A stretch of DNA of 64,000 nt. It comes from an uncultured Acidobacteriota bacterium. Its GTDB lineage: Bacteria > Acidobacteriota > UBA6911 > RPQK01 > JAPXNP01. The stretch spans positions 256,001-320,000 of the forward strand of contig CAVZRV010000035.1 in NCBI GenBank assembly GCA_963777605.1. The letters are read 5' to 3'. Below, in pieces: positions 27,460 through 38,631 of the stretch. The notes beneath the pieces are model-generated. The model was not told the origin of the DNA. It saw nothing but the letters and a program-made list of their open reading frames with translations, and searched no databases. The stretch's first letter is position 1. The number at the start of each line of letters is the position of its first letter. The position numbers and the translations under genes are program-made.

Positions 27460-28670
27460 TCGGCGGCTTCTCCCGGAGCAGGCCGTGGGGATTCCCCAAG
27501 CGATTCAAGCGGGGTCGAATCACCGGCAGGTACCCGAAACCGGCAAATCGCCTCAACGACCTCCGCCAGGTCCTTTTCAGTCAGGTCGTTGTAAAAGGGA
27601 ATTCTGACCAGCCGATCACTCACTGACTCGGTCACCGGGCAGTCTCCCGGACGGCCTCCAAACTTGATTCCCATTTCCGAAAGGTGCAGCGGCAAATAGT
27701 GAAACACGCTCAAGATGCCGCGCTCTCGCAGATGTTCAATCAATCCCTGCCGCGCTTCGAGCGACGGAAGCAACAGGTAGAACATGTGGTAGGACTGTTC
27801 GCAGTACCCAGGAACGACCGGCATGCGGACCTGGTTCTCATCCGCCCAATCGCACAGGTGATCCTGGTAGTACTCCCAGATCCACCTGCGCCGGCTTTGG
27901 ATTTCTTCCCGTGCTTCCAGTTGGGCGTAGAGAAAGGCGGCCAGGATGTCGGAGGGAAGAAAACTCGACCCGATATCGACCCAGCTGTACTTGTCCACTT
28001 CTCCCCGAAAGAAACGGCTCCGATTGGTGCCTTTCTCTCGCACGATTTCGGCCCGCTCCAGGTAGCCGGGGTCGTTGATGAGGATGGCGCCGCCTTCTCC
28101 ACAGATGAAATTCTTGGTTTCGTGAAAACTCTGGGCCGCAAACGTGCCGAACGTTCCGAGAAAGCGCCCCCGGTACTTGCCGAACAGGCCATGGGCGTTG
28201 TCTTCGACAACGGGGATTCCGTTTCGGGAGGCCACCTTGCCGATGACGTCCATCTCGCAGCCGACGCCGGCATAGTGAACCGGGACGATCGCCTTCGTGC
28301 GGGGCGTGATCGCAGCTTCCAGGAGCGATTCGTCGAGGTTCAGGGTGTCTTTCCGAACATCAATAAAGACGGGGCGGGCCCCTCGCAGGACGAAGGCATT
28401 GACAGTCGATACGAAGGTGAAGGAGGGGACGATGACTTCGTCTCCCGGTTCGATCTGCAGCAAGAGTGCAGCCATCTCCAGGGCGTCAGTGCAGGAGGTA
28501 GTCAGCAGGACCCCGGGAACGCCCAGGGCCTCCTCCAGCAGGGTATGGCAGCGCCGGGTAAATCCCGCGTCACCGGCGGACCGGCCGCTGAGAATAACCT
28601 GTGAAATATAGAAGAGCTCGCGACCGATCAGGGTCGGCTTGTTGAAGGGAATCTTGATCGCTTCGTTCAT
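27456..28670 (-). CDS. wecE: dTDP-4-amino-4,6-dideoxygalactose transaminase
   Basis: IPFNKP, LLTTSCTDALEMAA, VPVHYAGVGCEMD, SFHETKN..CGEGG, REKGTNRSRFFRG.VDKYSWVDIGSS. Confidence 0.9.
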   Translation of the reverse strand: MNEAIKIPFNKPTLIGRELFYISQVILSGRSAGDAGFTRRCHTLLEEALGVPGVLLTTSCTDALEMAALLLQIEPGDEVIVPSFTFVSTVNAFVLRGARPVFIDVRKDTLNLDESLLEAAITPRTKAIVPVHYAGVGCEMDVIGKVASRNGIPVVEDNAHGLFGKYRGRFLGTFGTFAAQSFHETKNFICGEGGAILINDPGYLERAEIVREKGTNRSRFFRGEVDKYSWVDIGSSFLPSDILAAFLYAQLEAREEIQSRRRWIWEYYQDHLCDWADENQVRMPVVPGYCEQSYHMFYLLLPSLEARQGLIEHLRERGILSVFHYLPLHLSEMGIKFGGRPGDCPVTESVSDRLVRIPFYNDLTEKDLAEVVEAICRFRVPAGDSTPLESLGESPRPAPGEAAE

Positions 28671-28696
28671 TTTCAGTCGGATCTCCTCCCGTAAGC

Positions 28697-29386
28697 CTAA
28701 ACGCCGCCCCGGAAATGTCGTTCCACCCAGGCGCCGGCCCCCCTGCTTCTTGCAAGTCTGATCACGTGATTCGGATCATAGGGTCGTTCGATCGGGAGGC
28801 ACTCCCCGGTTCCGGTGTCCATCAGAACAGCGCACGCCACGTTAGGCTTGTGCCGGGACTGGCCGACCGAACCCGGGTTGATCAGGCGAGGGCGTGCCCC
28901 GTCCCTGAGGTACGGACCGCGTCTGCCCGAACGCGATGACGTCGTAGTCGAAGCAATCCAGTTGTTCCAGCTTCGGGCTGTCCGGGTAGAGATAGTGGTG
29001 CAGGGGACTCCATGGACTCCCGTGGACCAGGTTGAAAAACTGCGAGCCAATCTTCCGCTCCAGGCAACCGGCAGGCCCGAGAGCCAGGCGCGGTGATCCG
29101 CATCGATCACCGCATCAGCGAACTCGATTCCGAACCGGACGCTGTCGTTTGCCTCCCCTGGGACTCCGTTGACGAGGAACCAGTCGTGGTTCCCCAGGAT
29201 GCAGTGCGCGTTCCATGCCCGAAGAGTGCTGACCACCTCATTTACCTGGCAGTAATAACCGATGATGTCTCCGAGACAAACGACTCGATCAACTCCGACG
29301 AGGTCTTCCTGGAGCGCATTCAAGGCTTCGAAGTTGGCATGAATGTCACTGATCAGGGCTATCCGCATCGCCGGCCTGCACTCCAC
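28697..29386 (-). CDS. Metallophosphoesterase (internal frameshift likely)
   Basis: ISDIHAN, CLGDIIGY, GNHD, INPGSVGQ. Confidence 0.85.
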   Translation of the reverse strand: MECRPAMRIALISDIHANFEALNALQEDLVGVDRVVCLGDIIGYYCQVNEVVSTLRAWNAHCILGNHDWFLVNGVPGEANDSVRFGIEFADAVIDADHRAWLSGLPVAWSGRLARSFSTWSTGVHGVPCTTISTRTARSWNNWIASTTTSSRSGRRGPYLRDGARPRLINPGSVGQSRHKPNVACAVLMDTGTGECLPIERPYDPNHVIRLARSRGAGAWVERHFRGGV

Positions 29387-30243
29387 AGAATCGAATCACC
29401 CAGTGAGTGGCGAGGGTCGTAACCCAAGTCACGGCGGGCCCGTTCAATCGAGACAGTCCAATCCAGCTCGTCATCCGGATCCGCTGCGCCGGAAAAGCAA
29501 ATCCGGGAAGACGATCCCAGGATCGTAATGACTTCTTCTGCGAGCTCGCGGTTCGAGACGCTTTGTCCCCTGCCGATGTTGTAAATCCCGGAACAATCAC
29601 TTTCAAGAACCGTACTCACGGCAGAGGCAATGTCCCTCAAATCAACGTAGTCCTGTCTCCTGGTGCCAAGCCCGCTCAATTCCAAAGGCTCTCCAGCCAG
29701 TGCCCGCTTGATGAATACCGGAAAGATTCGACTTGATGGCAAGCCCGGGCCAACCGGGGACGTCAGCCTCAGGATCGGCTTCCTGGAAATTCCATCGTCC
29801 ACAAGGCGGCACAGTTGCTCGCCGTAGAGTTTCGAAGCATGATAGGCCGACTCTGGCACCGTGGGATGGTCCTCGGTGATCGGCAGATGCCTGGGAATTC
29901 CAATTACAGGCATGCTGGACAGGTAGACAAAGCAGCCCGCCTTCCACTTCGAGGCAACCTGCAGCAGATGCTGCGTCCCGATGCAATTGACAGTCGTCAA
30001 TTCTTGAGACAATGCTCCTCCGTGCAGTATCGCGGCACCATGAATCACTGCGTCACACTTATCCAAACTCAGAACCTCTTCGAGGCTCTCAGGCGTCCCG
30101 AGGTCGGCGATTACTTCCGCCGCAACTTCGCCGTGCCCACCAGGCTCTCGGCTGACGCCGTAAACGCGGTGTCCCGCCATCGCCAGCGTCCGGCAAACCA
30201 CACGTCCGATCAACCCGGTGTGCCCCGATACCAGTACCTCCAC
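29359..30243 (-). CDS. NAD-dependent epimerase/dehydratase
   Basis: VLVSGHTGLIG Rossmann motif; YHASK (YxxxK); RQDYVD. Confidence 0.85.
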   Translation of the reverse strand: MEVLVSGHTGLIGRVVCRTLAMAGHRVYGVSREPGGHGEVAAEVIADLGTPESLEEVLSLDKCDAVIHGAAILHGGALSQELTTVNCIGTQHLLQVASKWKAGCFVYLSSMPVIGIPRHLPITEDHPTVPESAYHASKLYGEQLCRLVDDGISRKPILRLTSPVGPGLPSSRIFPVFIKRALAGEPLELSGLGTRRQDYVDLRDIASAVSTVLESDCSGIYNIGRGQSVSNRELAEEVITILGSSSRICFSGAADPDDELDWTVSIERARRDLGYDPRHSLGDSILWSAGRRCG

Positions 30244-31301
30244 TTGCTCATCCCGAAGTCTTCCACTTGTCCCGCCCGGGAGGGCGTGGGATCGAAGACC
30301 CCGTTTTCGTCCAGTTCGGCGACAGATTCAGGGGAGATGTAGATCTCGTTCCAGTACCTCAGGCAGACTCCACGCGTCAACTTTGGAAGATCTGCGGCCG
30401 GCTCACCCATGATGTAGTGGCGGACAGCCGCCTCCACGTCGTTGAATCCGAAATGTGCCCGCAACGGAGCGGTGCCTGAGAAACGCAGGTTGACCTCGAA
30501 GCAGGCGGAACGCCCCTCAGTCAGTCGGGATTGAACGTTACACGGACCGGCGGGACGCAACGCAGCAGCGATTTTCGTGGCTTGATTCGCGACTTCAGGA
30601 AATTCACCGAGCCGGGCGCGATAAGTGGTTCCGTATTGTAGTTCGCGCCGCATCGTAATCACACCTCGAACCACCCCATCCCGGTCCGAAAACGTCCCCG
30701 TCGTGTATTCTTCCCTAGCATCGCCGACTTGTTCCTGTATCAAGTAAGCGTTCTGCCGAATAACCGCCTCGAGCGCTTCCCGAGTACCCACATCTGCAAT
30801 TCCGTGGGATCCCTTCCCTGACCGAGGCTTGGCGATGAGTGGGAACCCGCACTGTTCCACGAGCCGGTTCACCGCGTCCACATCGTTCGCGTCGGCGTAG
30901 CGAGGCGTGTTCAGGCCGAGGCTCTCGAGCCACCGGCACATAGCCAGCTTGTCCTGACCGACGGCAAGTTTCTCGGGAGGGCTGACAAGGCATACCGCTC
31001 CGGACTCGTGTCGAATCAGATCCGCGTTCTCAGACAGAACCTTCAACACCGGCTCAACCCCAGAAAGTACCCCATCGACCCGTTCCTTGCGGCAGGTCGC
31101 AATCAGCCAGTCCAGGAACTGCCGATCGGCCGCCGGGGGAGAAAGGTAGCCTCGATCCACGGTGTAAAGTCCTGCCGAAAGAGGTGAAATGCAGCCGCCG
31201 ATGACACGTGCACGCAACTTCGAATGGGCCAGGGCCTTGAGAATCCCTTGTCCCACGTTTCCACCGACACCCAATACAAGGAGACAAACGTCTGGCTGCA
31301 T
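30210..31301 (-). CDS. ATP-grasp enzyme (carbamoyl-phosphate-synthase-like)
   Basis: QDKLAM, FPLIAKPRSGKGSHG, YLIQEQVG..EEYT, GPCNVQ, FEVNLRFSG. Confidence 0.85.
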   Translation of the reverse strand: MQPDVCLLVLGVGGNVGQGILKALAHSKLRARVIGGCISPLSAGLYTVDRGYLSPPAADRQFLDWLIATCRKERVDGVLSGVEPVLKVLSENADLIRHESGAVCLVSPPEKLAVGQDKLAMCRWLESLGLNTPRYADANDVDAVNRLVEQCGFPLIAKPRSGKGSHGIADVGTREALEAVIRQNAYLIQEQVGDAREEYTTGTFSDRDGVVRGVITMRRELQYGTTYRARLGEFPEVANQATKIAAALRPAGPCNVQSRLTEGRSACFEVNLRFSGTAPLRAHFGFNDVEAAVRHYIMGEPAADLPKLTRGVCLRYWNEIYISPESVAELDENGVFDPTPSRAGQVEDFGMSKWRYWYRGTPG

Positions 31302-32797
31302 GCTGATCGTCGTTTACCTTCCGGCGTCGATGCCTCTTCGAAACGTGCCTGGAATGTCCCTGACCGGTGCCAGCAACATGGAGTAAAACCCCCGATTACC
31401 AAGGAACCGTCGATCGTGAAACACCGCCGCAACGCGATTCTAAGGCACTTGAACTTGCGTTTCTCGGATCGTGCCGCGATCGCCCGGTTGAATTGGTAGC
31501 GTCCCAGGACCCTTGGATCGAAGCCGGGAAGGACTTTGTTGAGTTGTGGGGCCAGATCGCGCAGAGGGGCTTCGGCTGACCCGTCGCCGTGCGCCAAATC
31601 ATGACACCGGAGTTGATGGACCAAATCGGCGAGGATGACCTCACCGGGTTCATAGCCAGGAGGGAGGGCCGGTGGACAGTCGCCATTCATTCCATTCCAC
31701 AGAGCATTCCTGCAAAACGTCGCCAGCAGAATGTGCGCGTTCATCTCCTCCACGGCTCGGGTATCCGGTCGCAGTTGCGGGGGCAACTCCTTGACAATCC
31801 CCAGAAACGGTCCCGTGCCGTCCATGGGTGCTGAAACCAACCCTTTCCGGAAAATCAGTTCGACGATTTGCGGGGGCGACCCCTTGGAGAGCGCCGGAAT
31901 TTCCTTCAAGGCACGGGCCAGCAATCTTCGGCCGGTCTCCAGGTCACCCTGGGCGTAGGCGGTGTACACCCACACCATGTACGTTTCGCTGAAGGCCGAC
32001 TCCTCCAGTTGGCGTACCGTCCCGGGACAGCGGGCGTCCTCGAGAATGAGCCTCTGGCAACGCAATTCGGCCTCACATCTCCCTGCAAGGTCCCTCTGTA
32101 TCCGGCCTTTGTGATAGCGCCGATAATTGAGGACTCTGCCGACATTGCCTATGTGGCAGCCGGCGAGGGCCATTCGCCCCCAGATCACCGTCTCCCCACC
32201 ATTGAAGATCACCTGGTCGCCACGTCGGAGTGCGAAGCTATCGTCCCAAACCTCATCTCGAATCGCCCATTCTCTCCTGACGACGGCATCGCTGGGTGAA
32301 ATCGGGAAACCCAATACGAGGTCGGACAATCCCACGACTCCTGGCGGGTCCCAGACCCCAAAGACTTTTCCCGACCACGACTCAACGTTAAAGCGCGCGT
32401 TGCAACTGCTTCCGACCTCAGGGTGAGCCTCCATGAACCGGACGTGGCAGGCAAGCTTATCGGGGTGGAATGCGTCATCCTGATCCAGAAAGGCGATCAA
32501 CTTCCCTCTGGCCCGACCCATTGCCGTCTTCCTCGCCGTGAATGCTCCTTGATTCTCGGCATTTCGAAGATAACGGATGCGGGGATCGACCATGCTTCGG
32601 ACCACTTCAGCGGTGTTGTCCGGCGAGCAGTCGTCCACGACGATGATTTCGAAATCCTGCCAGGTCTGTTTCAGGACGCTCTCAATCGCAGCGGGCAGAA
32701 CCGCCGCACCGCCATAGGCGGGAATGATCACGCTGACTAGTGGATCGCCAGGAAGTGGAGGAGAATCAGATGATATCGGCAAAACGGAACTCGACAC
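31300..32797 (-). CDS. Glycosyltransferase family 2 with helical C-terminal extension (3' frameshift likely; end approximate)
   Basis: LVSVIIPAY, EIIVVDDCSPD, IAFLDQDD. Confidence 0.8.
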
Positions 32798-33542
32798 GTT
32801 TGAAGATCCAGTACCCTGCGATAAAGACCAGCACTGAAACGGCCGCCGCTACCGCCAGGTGGGTACCCGGCACCTGCCCGTGAAGGAGGGCCTCCCGGTA
32901 GGCCTCGAGAATTCCCGCCATCGGGTTCAGGTAGTAGTAGGAACGATAGGCGTCGGGGATCATGGTGACCGGGTAAAGAATCGGAGAAGCATAGAACCAG
33001 AGCTGGACTCCCAACGCCAGAACCGATCGCACGTCACGAACGAAGACGTTGGCGGCGCTGAGGAGAAGCCCCAACCCAACGACCAACATCAACTGGACGA
33101 TCAGAATCACCGGGATACAGAGCAGAGCCGGCAGGGAAATCTCCACACGGTAGGCCACCATCAGGATCACCACGATCGAGGAAGCCACCGCAAAATCCAT
33201 CAGCCGGGCCAACATGGCGGCGATGGGCAGGATCTCCCTAGGAAAGTAGATCTTGGTGACCAGGCTCATGTTTTCCACGACAGCGTTTGACATGTCGGTC
33301 AGAGACATGGCGAGAAAGGTCCAGGGGACGATGGCCACGTAAGAGAAGATCACATACGGAGTATCCCCGGTGTCCACCCGGACCACGTAGGTGAATACCA
33401 CCGTGAAGATAGCCACCTGCCCCGCCGGCTGCAACAGCGCCCAGAGCCAACCCAGGACGGACTGCTGATAGCGGGCCCGCACGTTGCGACGGGTCCATTC
33501 CCAAAGAAGGTCACGAGAAGCAAGAAGGGAAGCGATCATCAT
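32766..33542 (-). CDS. wzm: ABC polysaccharide transporter permease
   Basis: ARYQQSVLGWLWALLQP, LVTKIYFPREILP, FYASPILYP, LNPMAGILEAYR, FADII. Confidence 0.9.
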   Translation of the reverse strand: MMIASLLASRDLLWEWTRRNVRARYQQSVLGWLWALLQPAGQVAIFTVVFTYVVRVDTGDTPYVIFSYVAIVPWTFLAMSLTDMSNAVVENMSLVTKIYFPREILPIAAMLARLMDFAVASSIVVILMVAYRVEISLPALLCIPVILIVQLMLVVGLGLLLSAANVFVRDVRSVLALGVQLWFYASPILYPVTMIPDAYRSYYYLNPMAGILEAYREALLHGQVPGTHLAVAAAVSVLVFIAGYWIFKRVEFRFADII

Positions 33543-33555
33543 TGTTCCTCGGAAC

Positions 33556-34866
33556 CTACGTCGCCTGAAACCAGGAAGTAATCGGTTCGTAAACTCCGCT
33601 GTCGTCTTCATAACTGCGGGCCAGCCCTTTGACATGAAACCACTCCGAGCGGGCCGGGCCCGGCGTCAGGGGCAGCGAGTCGGCTTCGTTGAGGAAGAAC
33701 GCCTCTACGAAATAGGTCCCCGTGATCAACTGGAGCGGCTGGAGGCGGACCGTAATGCGGCCCCGGCCCCGACCGACCTCGAGACAGCAATCAGCATGGC
33801 GGCTGCGTACCATGCAGCAACTCATCCCGTCCGAGCGAATAATAAAGAGTGACATCTGCACGCGGCCCAGGTCTCGTTCGGCCAGGTAGTCGATTGCTAT
33901 CTCCGCCGCTTCCGAGTTGAGCAGTCTCCCATCCGCACCGCCCTTTCCAGTCACCTGGACTGCAGTGATCTCGACACCACCTGCCGATCGGCCCTTTGAG
34001 ACACCCCGATCCCGGTCGAACTTCCGGGCCCGATCGGCGTGCAGATCCGATTCGTAGGCCTCGAGTATCTGCTCCGTCTTCCCCGCCAGTTGGATCGAAC
34101 CGTTGCGCAGGTAGATCGCCTTCCGGCAAACCGCATGGACCATGTAAAGGTTGTGGGAGACGAAGATGATGCTGGTCCCCCGGTCAAGGAGCTCCTGGAT
34201 CCGACCCAGGCATTTCTGTCTGAATGCAGCATCACCGACTGCCAGGACCTCATCAACCAGCAGAATTTCAGGATCGATGCAGGCTGCAACAGCAAATCCC
34301 AGCCGGACGGTCATTCCGGACGAATACCGTTTCACGGGCGTATCGATGAACCGGCTCAGTTCCGAGAATTCGACGATTTCATCGAAGCGCTTTTCGATTT
34401 CCGATCGCTGCAACCCGAGGATGGTTCCATTCAGGAAGATATTCTCCCGTCCGGTCAACTCCGGGTGGAATCCGGCCCCCAGTTCGATCAGGGCCGACAA
34501 CCTGCCGTTGACTTGAATCTCACCGGTACTCGGCTTGGTGATGTTGGCCAGGAGTTTCAGAATCGTCGTTTTGCCGGCGCCGTTGGGGCCAACCAGAGCA
34601 AGTGATTCACCGGGCTCGAGGTCGAAGCTCACGTTCTTCAATGCCCAGAGGTAGCCTCGGTCACCGTTTCCGCCGGCGACTCGACCGATCGGGCTCCGCC
34701 GGAACCATGACGCAACGAGGCGGGGAAGGCTGGTTCGGGTGAGGCCCAGCCGGTACCCCTTCGAGACCTCCTCGAACCGGACCAGTTTGCGGGCCGGAAT
34801 AGGCGAACTTTGCACGGGGACTTCCCTCTCCGGTTCGATTGCCGGTTCAGTTTGCGGGTTGAGCAT
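33556..34866 (-). CDS. wzt: ABC polysaccharide transporter ATPase with Wzt_C domain
   Basis: GPNGAGKTT, GAGFHPELTGREN, YSSGMTVRLGF, ILLVDEVLAVGD; C-terminal beta-rich domain. Confidence 0.92.
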   Translation of the reverse strand: MLNPQTEPAIEPEREVPVQSSPIPARKLVRFEEVSKGYRLGLTRTSLPRLVASWFRRSPIGRVAGGNGDRGYLWALKNVSFDLEPGESLALVGPNGAGKTTILKLLANITKPSTGEIQVNGRLSALIELGAGFHPELTGRENIFLNGTILGLQRSEIEKRFDEIVEFSELSRFIDTPVKRYSSGMTVRLGFAVAACIDPEILLVDEVLAVGDAAFRQKCLGRIQELLDRGTSIIFVSHNLYMVHAVCRKAIYLRNGSIQLAGKTEQILEAYESDLHADRARKFDRDRGVSKGRSAGGVEITAVQVTGKGGADGRLLNSEAAEIAIDYLAERDLGRVQMSLFIIRSDGMSCCMVRSRHADCCLEVGRGRGRITVRLQPLQLITGTYFVEAFFLNEADSLPLTPGPARSEWFHVKGLARSYEDDSGVYEPITSWFQAT

Positions 34867-36043
34867 TCACGGCTCCACAACGTTCCACAAGGTCCATGAA
34901 GTTCTGTCCTAGCGTTGTCCAATCATATCGTTCCCGGACCAGCTTCCGGGCATTTGTCGAGATCATCGATCGAAGCACGGGCTCCCGTAGAAGCCTCACG
35001 CAGGCCGCCTGAAATTCAGCTGGCCGATCAGCAATCAGGATCTGTTCACCGGAAACTGCATCCAGCCCCTCGGCGCCCTTTGATGTGGCCGCGACGGGGA
35101 CTCCCAGGGCCATACTTTCGAGGATTTTCAGACGGGTCCCGCCGCCTTCCCTGATGGGAACTACCATGATCGTCGCGCTTGCGATCCGGGACCGGATGTC
35201 GGGCAGGAATCCCAGGTGCTCCACCCCCGGGCCGCACTCGAACGGCAGGTCTCCGCGGTCCCCCGTGATGACCAGGCGGGCGCCCGCGACTTGCCGGCGG
35301 ATCCCGGGCAGGATCTCCGTTGTGAACCACTGCATCGCGTGGTAGTTCGGGAAGTAGGTGAATGCCCCGGGAAAGATCATTTCGTTGGTGGAGGGATGAA
35401 CTTCGACCCTTCGATACTCCTCGAGATTGACACCATTGGGGATCACCTCAACCGGGCCCGGCGCACCGACCTCCGTGGTCAGGAGAACTCTCTCCCGGTC
35501 GGAAACAACCGTGGTCAGGTCGAAACCCCGAAGCAGTCGGGCGAGGTATCGCCGGTGCTTTTCCCAGGTCAGCCGCGAACGAAATCGCTGGGCCGGCGAG
35601 CCGGCCTGCGCCCACTGATCGTATAAAACTCCAACCTCGGCTTCCTCGAACAGGGCCGGGGTCGAGTCAAGGAATGGACGATAGGACGCCATCCGGGTTT
35701 CCGAGGCGATCACCCGATCATACCGTCGCCCGGCGATCTGCTCCCGAATCGCCCGCGCCATCTCTTCTGAAAACATCTCCTTCAACGAACGGGGAACCGA
35801 ACTCAGGAAGCCAAACCTGGCTCTCCACCCATTGGGGTTGAATCCGCGATCCGGGATCAGCCGGACTTCCCGACAAACCATCCGGGCAGCCGCCAGGTCG
35901 AGTTCCTCCCGGGGCCGATCGGCGAAACTGATCAGGTCAACTTCGTGCCGCTCGGAGAGGATTCGCAGCAGATTTGAAATCCTCAGCTTGGACCCATGGA
36001 CAGGCGGGAAGGGGAACCAGGCCGACAGGAAGAGAATCTTCAT
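34847..36043 (-). CDS. Glycosyltransferase family 4 (PEP-CTERM-locus type)
   Basis: MKILFLS..FPFPPVHG, VIPNGV, GGTRLKILESMALG. Confidence 0.87.
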   Translation of the reverse strand: MKILFLSAWFPFPPVHGSKLRISNLLRILSERHEVDLISFADRPREELDLAAARMVCREVRLIPDRGFNPNGWRARFGFLSSVPRSLKEMFSEEMARAIREQIAGRRYDRVIASETRMASYRPFLDSTPALFEEAEVGVLYDQWAQAGSPAQRFRSRLTWEKHRRYLARLLRGFDLTTVVSDRERVLLTTEVGAPGPVEVIPNGVNLEEYRRVEVHPSTNEMIFPGAFTYFPNYHAMQWFTTEILPGIRRQVAGARLVITGDRGDLPFECGPGVEHLGFLPDIRSRIASATIMVVPIREGGGTRLKILESMALGVPVAATSKGAEGLDAVSGEQILIADRPAEFQAACVRLLREPVLRSMISTNARKLVRERYDWTTLGQNFMDLVERCGAVNAQPAN

Positions 36044-36052
36044 ATCGATCCT

Positions 36053-37309
36053 TTAAGCCGCCCCCTCTGCCGCCTTGCGCGGGCCAAGCCGGCGGAGAAA
36101 AGCCTCGACTTCCGCAACCATCCGAGCCAGTGAAAAACGTTCCCTGACCTCGGCGCTGGCCGTCTTCACCAGCCTGCGCCGGAGCTCCGGTTCCGTCGCC
36201 AGCCGCTCCAACTGCCGGGCAAGCGCCTCGGCATCTCCGGGAGGGAATGACAGGCCATTTACCTCTTCCTTCAGGATCTCAGCCGCTCCCCCGGTTCGGG
36301 TACCGACCACACAAAGTCCCGCCGCCATCCCTTCGGTGAGGACACGTCCGAAGGGCTCATCCCACTCCGATGCGAATACCAGCACATCGTATCGACTGAG
36401 AAGCTCTGGGATCTCGGCCCTGGCGACCGGCTCGTGCATTCGGACCCGCCCCCCAATAGAGTGCATCTTGATCTTTCGTTCGAGGGCGGAACAGTAACCC
36501 GCCTCTCCTCGTCCATAGATGTCAAGGGTCACTTCGGGTGACTTCCCGTTCAGGATCGCCAGAGCATCCACGACCGTGTGCACTCCCTTGTCCGGGTGGA
36601 GTCTCCCGAGAAAGAGTGCTTTCAGCGGCCCTGATTCGGGGAACTCGCGTGCGCCCGCAGCCTGGAACTCGCCTGGATCGGTCCCGCCATAGATCACGGG
36701 CCCGTGCGCCACCGGGATCCCCGCTGCAACCAGAGAGTCTCGCACGGACTGCGTCACGCAAATTGGGTTCTCGAAGCGGAGCATCCTGGGCCGAGCTTCC
36801 CCAATCCACACTTTCGCTGCCGCGGCAGCCAGCCGCTTCGGCAGTCCCAGCAGGGCTCGACGGGACGGCGCCTCCAGTTGCTGGAGCTCCGCAGAGGGCA
36901 GCGTCGGCCAGTAATCGGAGATGTAGTAGGCCATGCGGCCGGGATATTGCGCCTCGAGCCAGAGGGGAACCGCCCGGGGTACGTTCCACAGTCCCCAGGC
37001 CAAAACAACATCCGGCGAAAACTGCTCCGCGAGCTCCTCGAGGACTCCCTGGTTCTCCGCTTCAAGACGACGGCGGGCAACCACCCGCCAGAGGGTACTC
37101 TTCAGGCCACCGATAACTTCCAAGTTAAGCCTTCTCAGCACGCTGACCGGGCCGTCCGGACAAGTTTCAGCAAGCGCTCGCGACCGCGAGGTCAGGACCC
37201 AAACCTGGTGCCCGCGTTCGACCATCCGCTGCGCCACTTCCTGGCACCAGAGCTCGTATCCACCGAAGCTCTCCGGGGGATAGTAGTTGGACACGAAAAG
37301 AATCCTCAT
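36053..37309 (-). CDS. Glycosyltransferase family 4
   Basis: MRILFVSNYYPP..GGYE, GRLHPDKG, SEWDEPFGRVLTEGMAAG. Confidence 0.88.
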   Translation of the reverse strand: MRILFVSNYYPPESFGGYELWCQEVAQRMVERGHQVWVLTSRSRALAETCPDGPVSVLRRLNLEVIGGLKSTLWRVVARRRLEAENQGVLEELAEQFSPDVVLAWGLWNVPRAVPLWLEAQYPGRMAYYISDYWPTLPSAELQQLEAPSRRALLGLPKRLAAAAAKVWIGEARPRMLRFENPICVTQSVRDSLVAAGIPVAHGPVIYGGTDPGEFQAAGAREFPESGPLKALFLGRLHPDKGVHTVVDALAILNGKSPEVTLDIYGRGEAGYCSALERKIKMHSIGGRVRMHEPVARAEIPELLSRYDVLVFASEWDEPFGRVLTEGMAAGLCVVGTRTGGAAEILKEEVNGLSFPPGDAEALARQLERLATEPELRRRLVKTASAEVRERFSLARMVAEVEAFLRRLGPRKAAEGAA

Positions 37310-37341
37310 GGCGTCGTAAGGCTCCGAGACACGGGGAGCGT

Positions 37342-38596
37342 TCAGCAGGCCTTCTCCCGGGAAGACTCCGCTACCCGGCCCAGGAAGGCTTCCATTTCGT
37401 CAATCATCCGCCGAAACAGGAAACGCTCGGCGATCAACTGTCGCCCGCTCTCGGCCAGTCGCCGGCACAGGCCTCGATCGTCCAGGACCGTTCCAATATG
37501 GGCGGCCAGGCCGTCGGCATCGCCCGGTGCAAAAGTCAGAGAGTTGATCCCGTCCTCGAACATTTCCACCTGCCGCTCCGCCCGGCTGCCGATTACCAGC
37601 AGGCCTGCTGCCATGGCCTCCATGACGCTTCGCGCCAACGGTTCGGGCCAGATCGAAGTGAACAGGTAGACATCGTGCCGGCCCAGCAGCGCTGGCACCT
37701 GGTCGCGGGGAACCTGTCTCGTGAAGGTCAGATGCGATTCGACAGCTCCAAGTTCTCACCAGGCCCCGAAGCTCCTGTTCGTAGTCCGGGATGCCCGTCG
37801 CCGATGACGGTGAGTTTCAGCCGTCGTCGCGTCCCTGGCCCGCCAGGCGGCCGAGGGCCTCGATGGCAGTGTGCACGCCCTTGTCCGGAACCAGGCGCCC
37901 GCAATAGACGAGCCGAAGGACTCCGTTCTCACCGGGCGACTTGTCCGGCTCGCAGCCAGCTCTCCTCAATTGCGTTGTAGATCACCTTGGCCAACGGGGA
38001 GAGTCTGCCTTCCTGACAAGAACCTGGCGGACATACCGGCTGCAGCACGGCGGCGGTTTCGGGGTGCAGTTCCGGAGGGTACGACTCCCCGCCAGCAGAC
38101 CGAGAGCCAGCCGTCTCAACACCGATTTCAGCGGCCCCATGACCGCGTGGCGGGCCGGCAGCTTCCAGTACCGCACGTGCGGATCTTCATCGATCGGCCA
38201 GTAGGAGCAACATAGTAGGCCACTCGTCCAGGCAGGCAACACTCAGCGAACCGCGGCAGGGCCTGCGAGAGGTTCCACATCCCCCAAACCAGCATCACAT
38301 CGGGTTTGAACTCCGTGATCAGGCGTTCCAGGCTTGCCAGGTTCTCCCGCTCCCGACTTCGTCGAGACAGGAAAAAATCAACCGGCCGGTAGTAGTGAAT
38401 GTCACTCAGTTCCCAGAGGGAGCGCCGGATTCCGATTCCGGCCTGATCCTCATCCCCCGCCTTCCCACGGTTGGAGGCAAGTACCTGGACCTGGTGACCC
38501 CGGTACGACCAACGCCCGTGCCATCTCCTGGCAGAGCTGCTCGTATCCGCCCAGCTCATAGGGCGGGTAGTAGTTGGAAAGAAAGAGGAAACGCAT
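37342..38596 (-). CDS. Glycosyltransferase family 4, paralogue of the adjacent gene; frameshifted
   Basis: MRFLFLSNYYPPYELGGYEQLCQE; GRLVPDKGVH; SIWPEPLARSVMEAMAAG, distributed over several frames. Confidence 0.78.
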
Positions 38597-38631
38597 CAGG
38601 GAAAGTGCGAAATAAGTCGAAGTGCGAAGTG

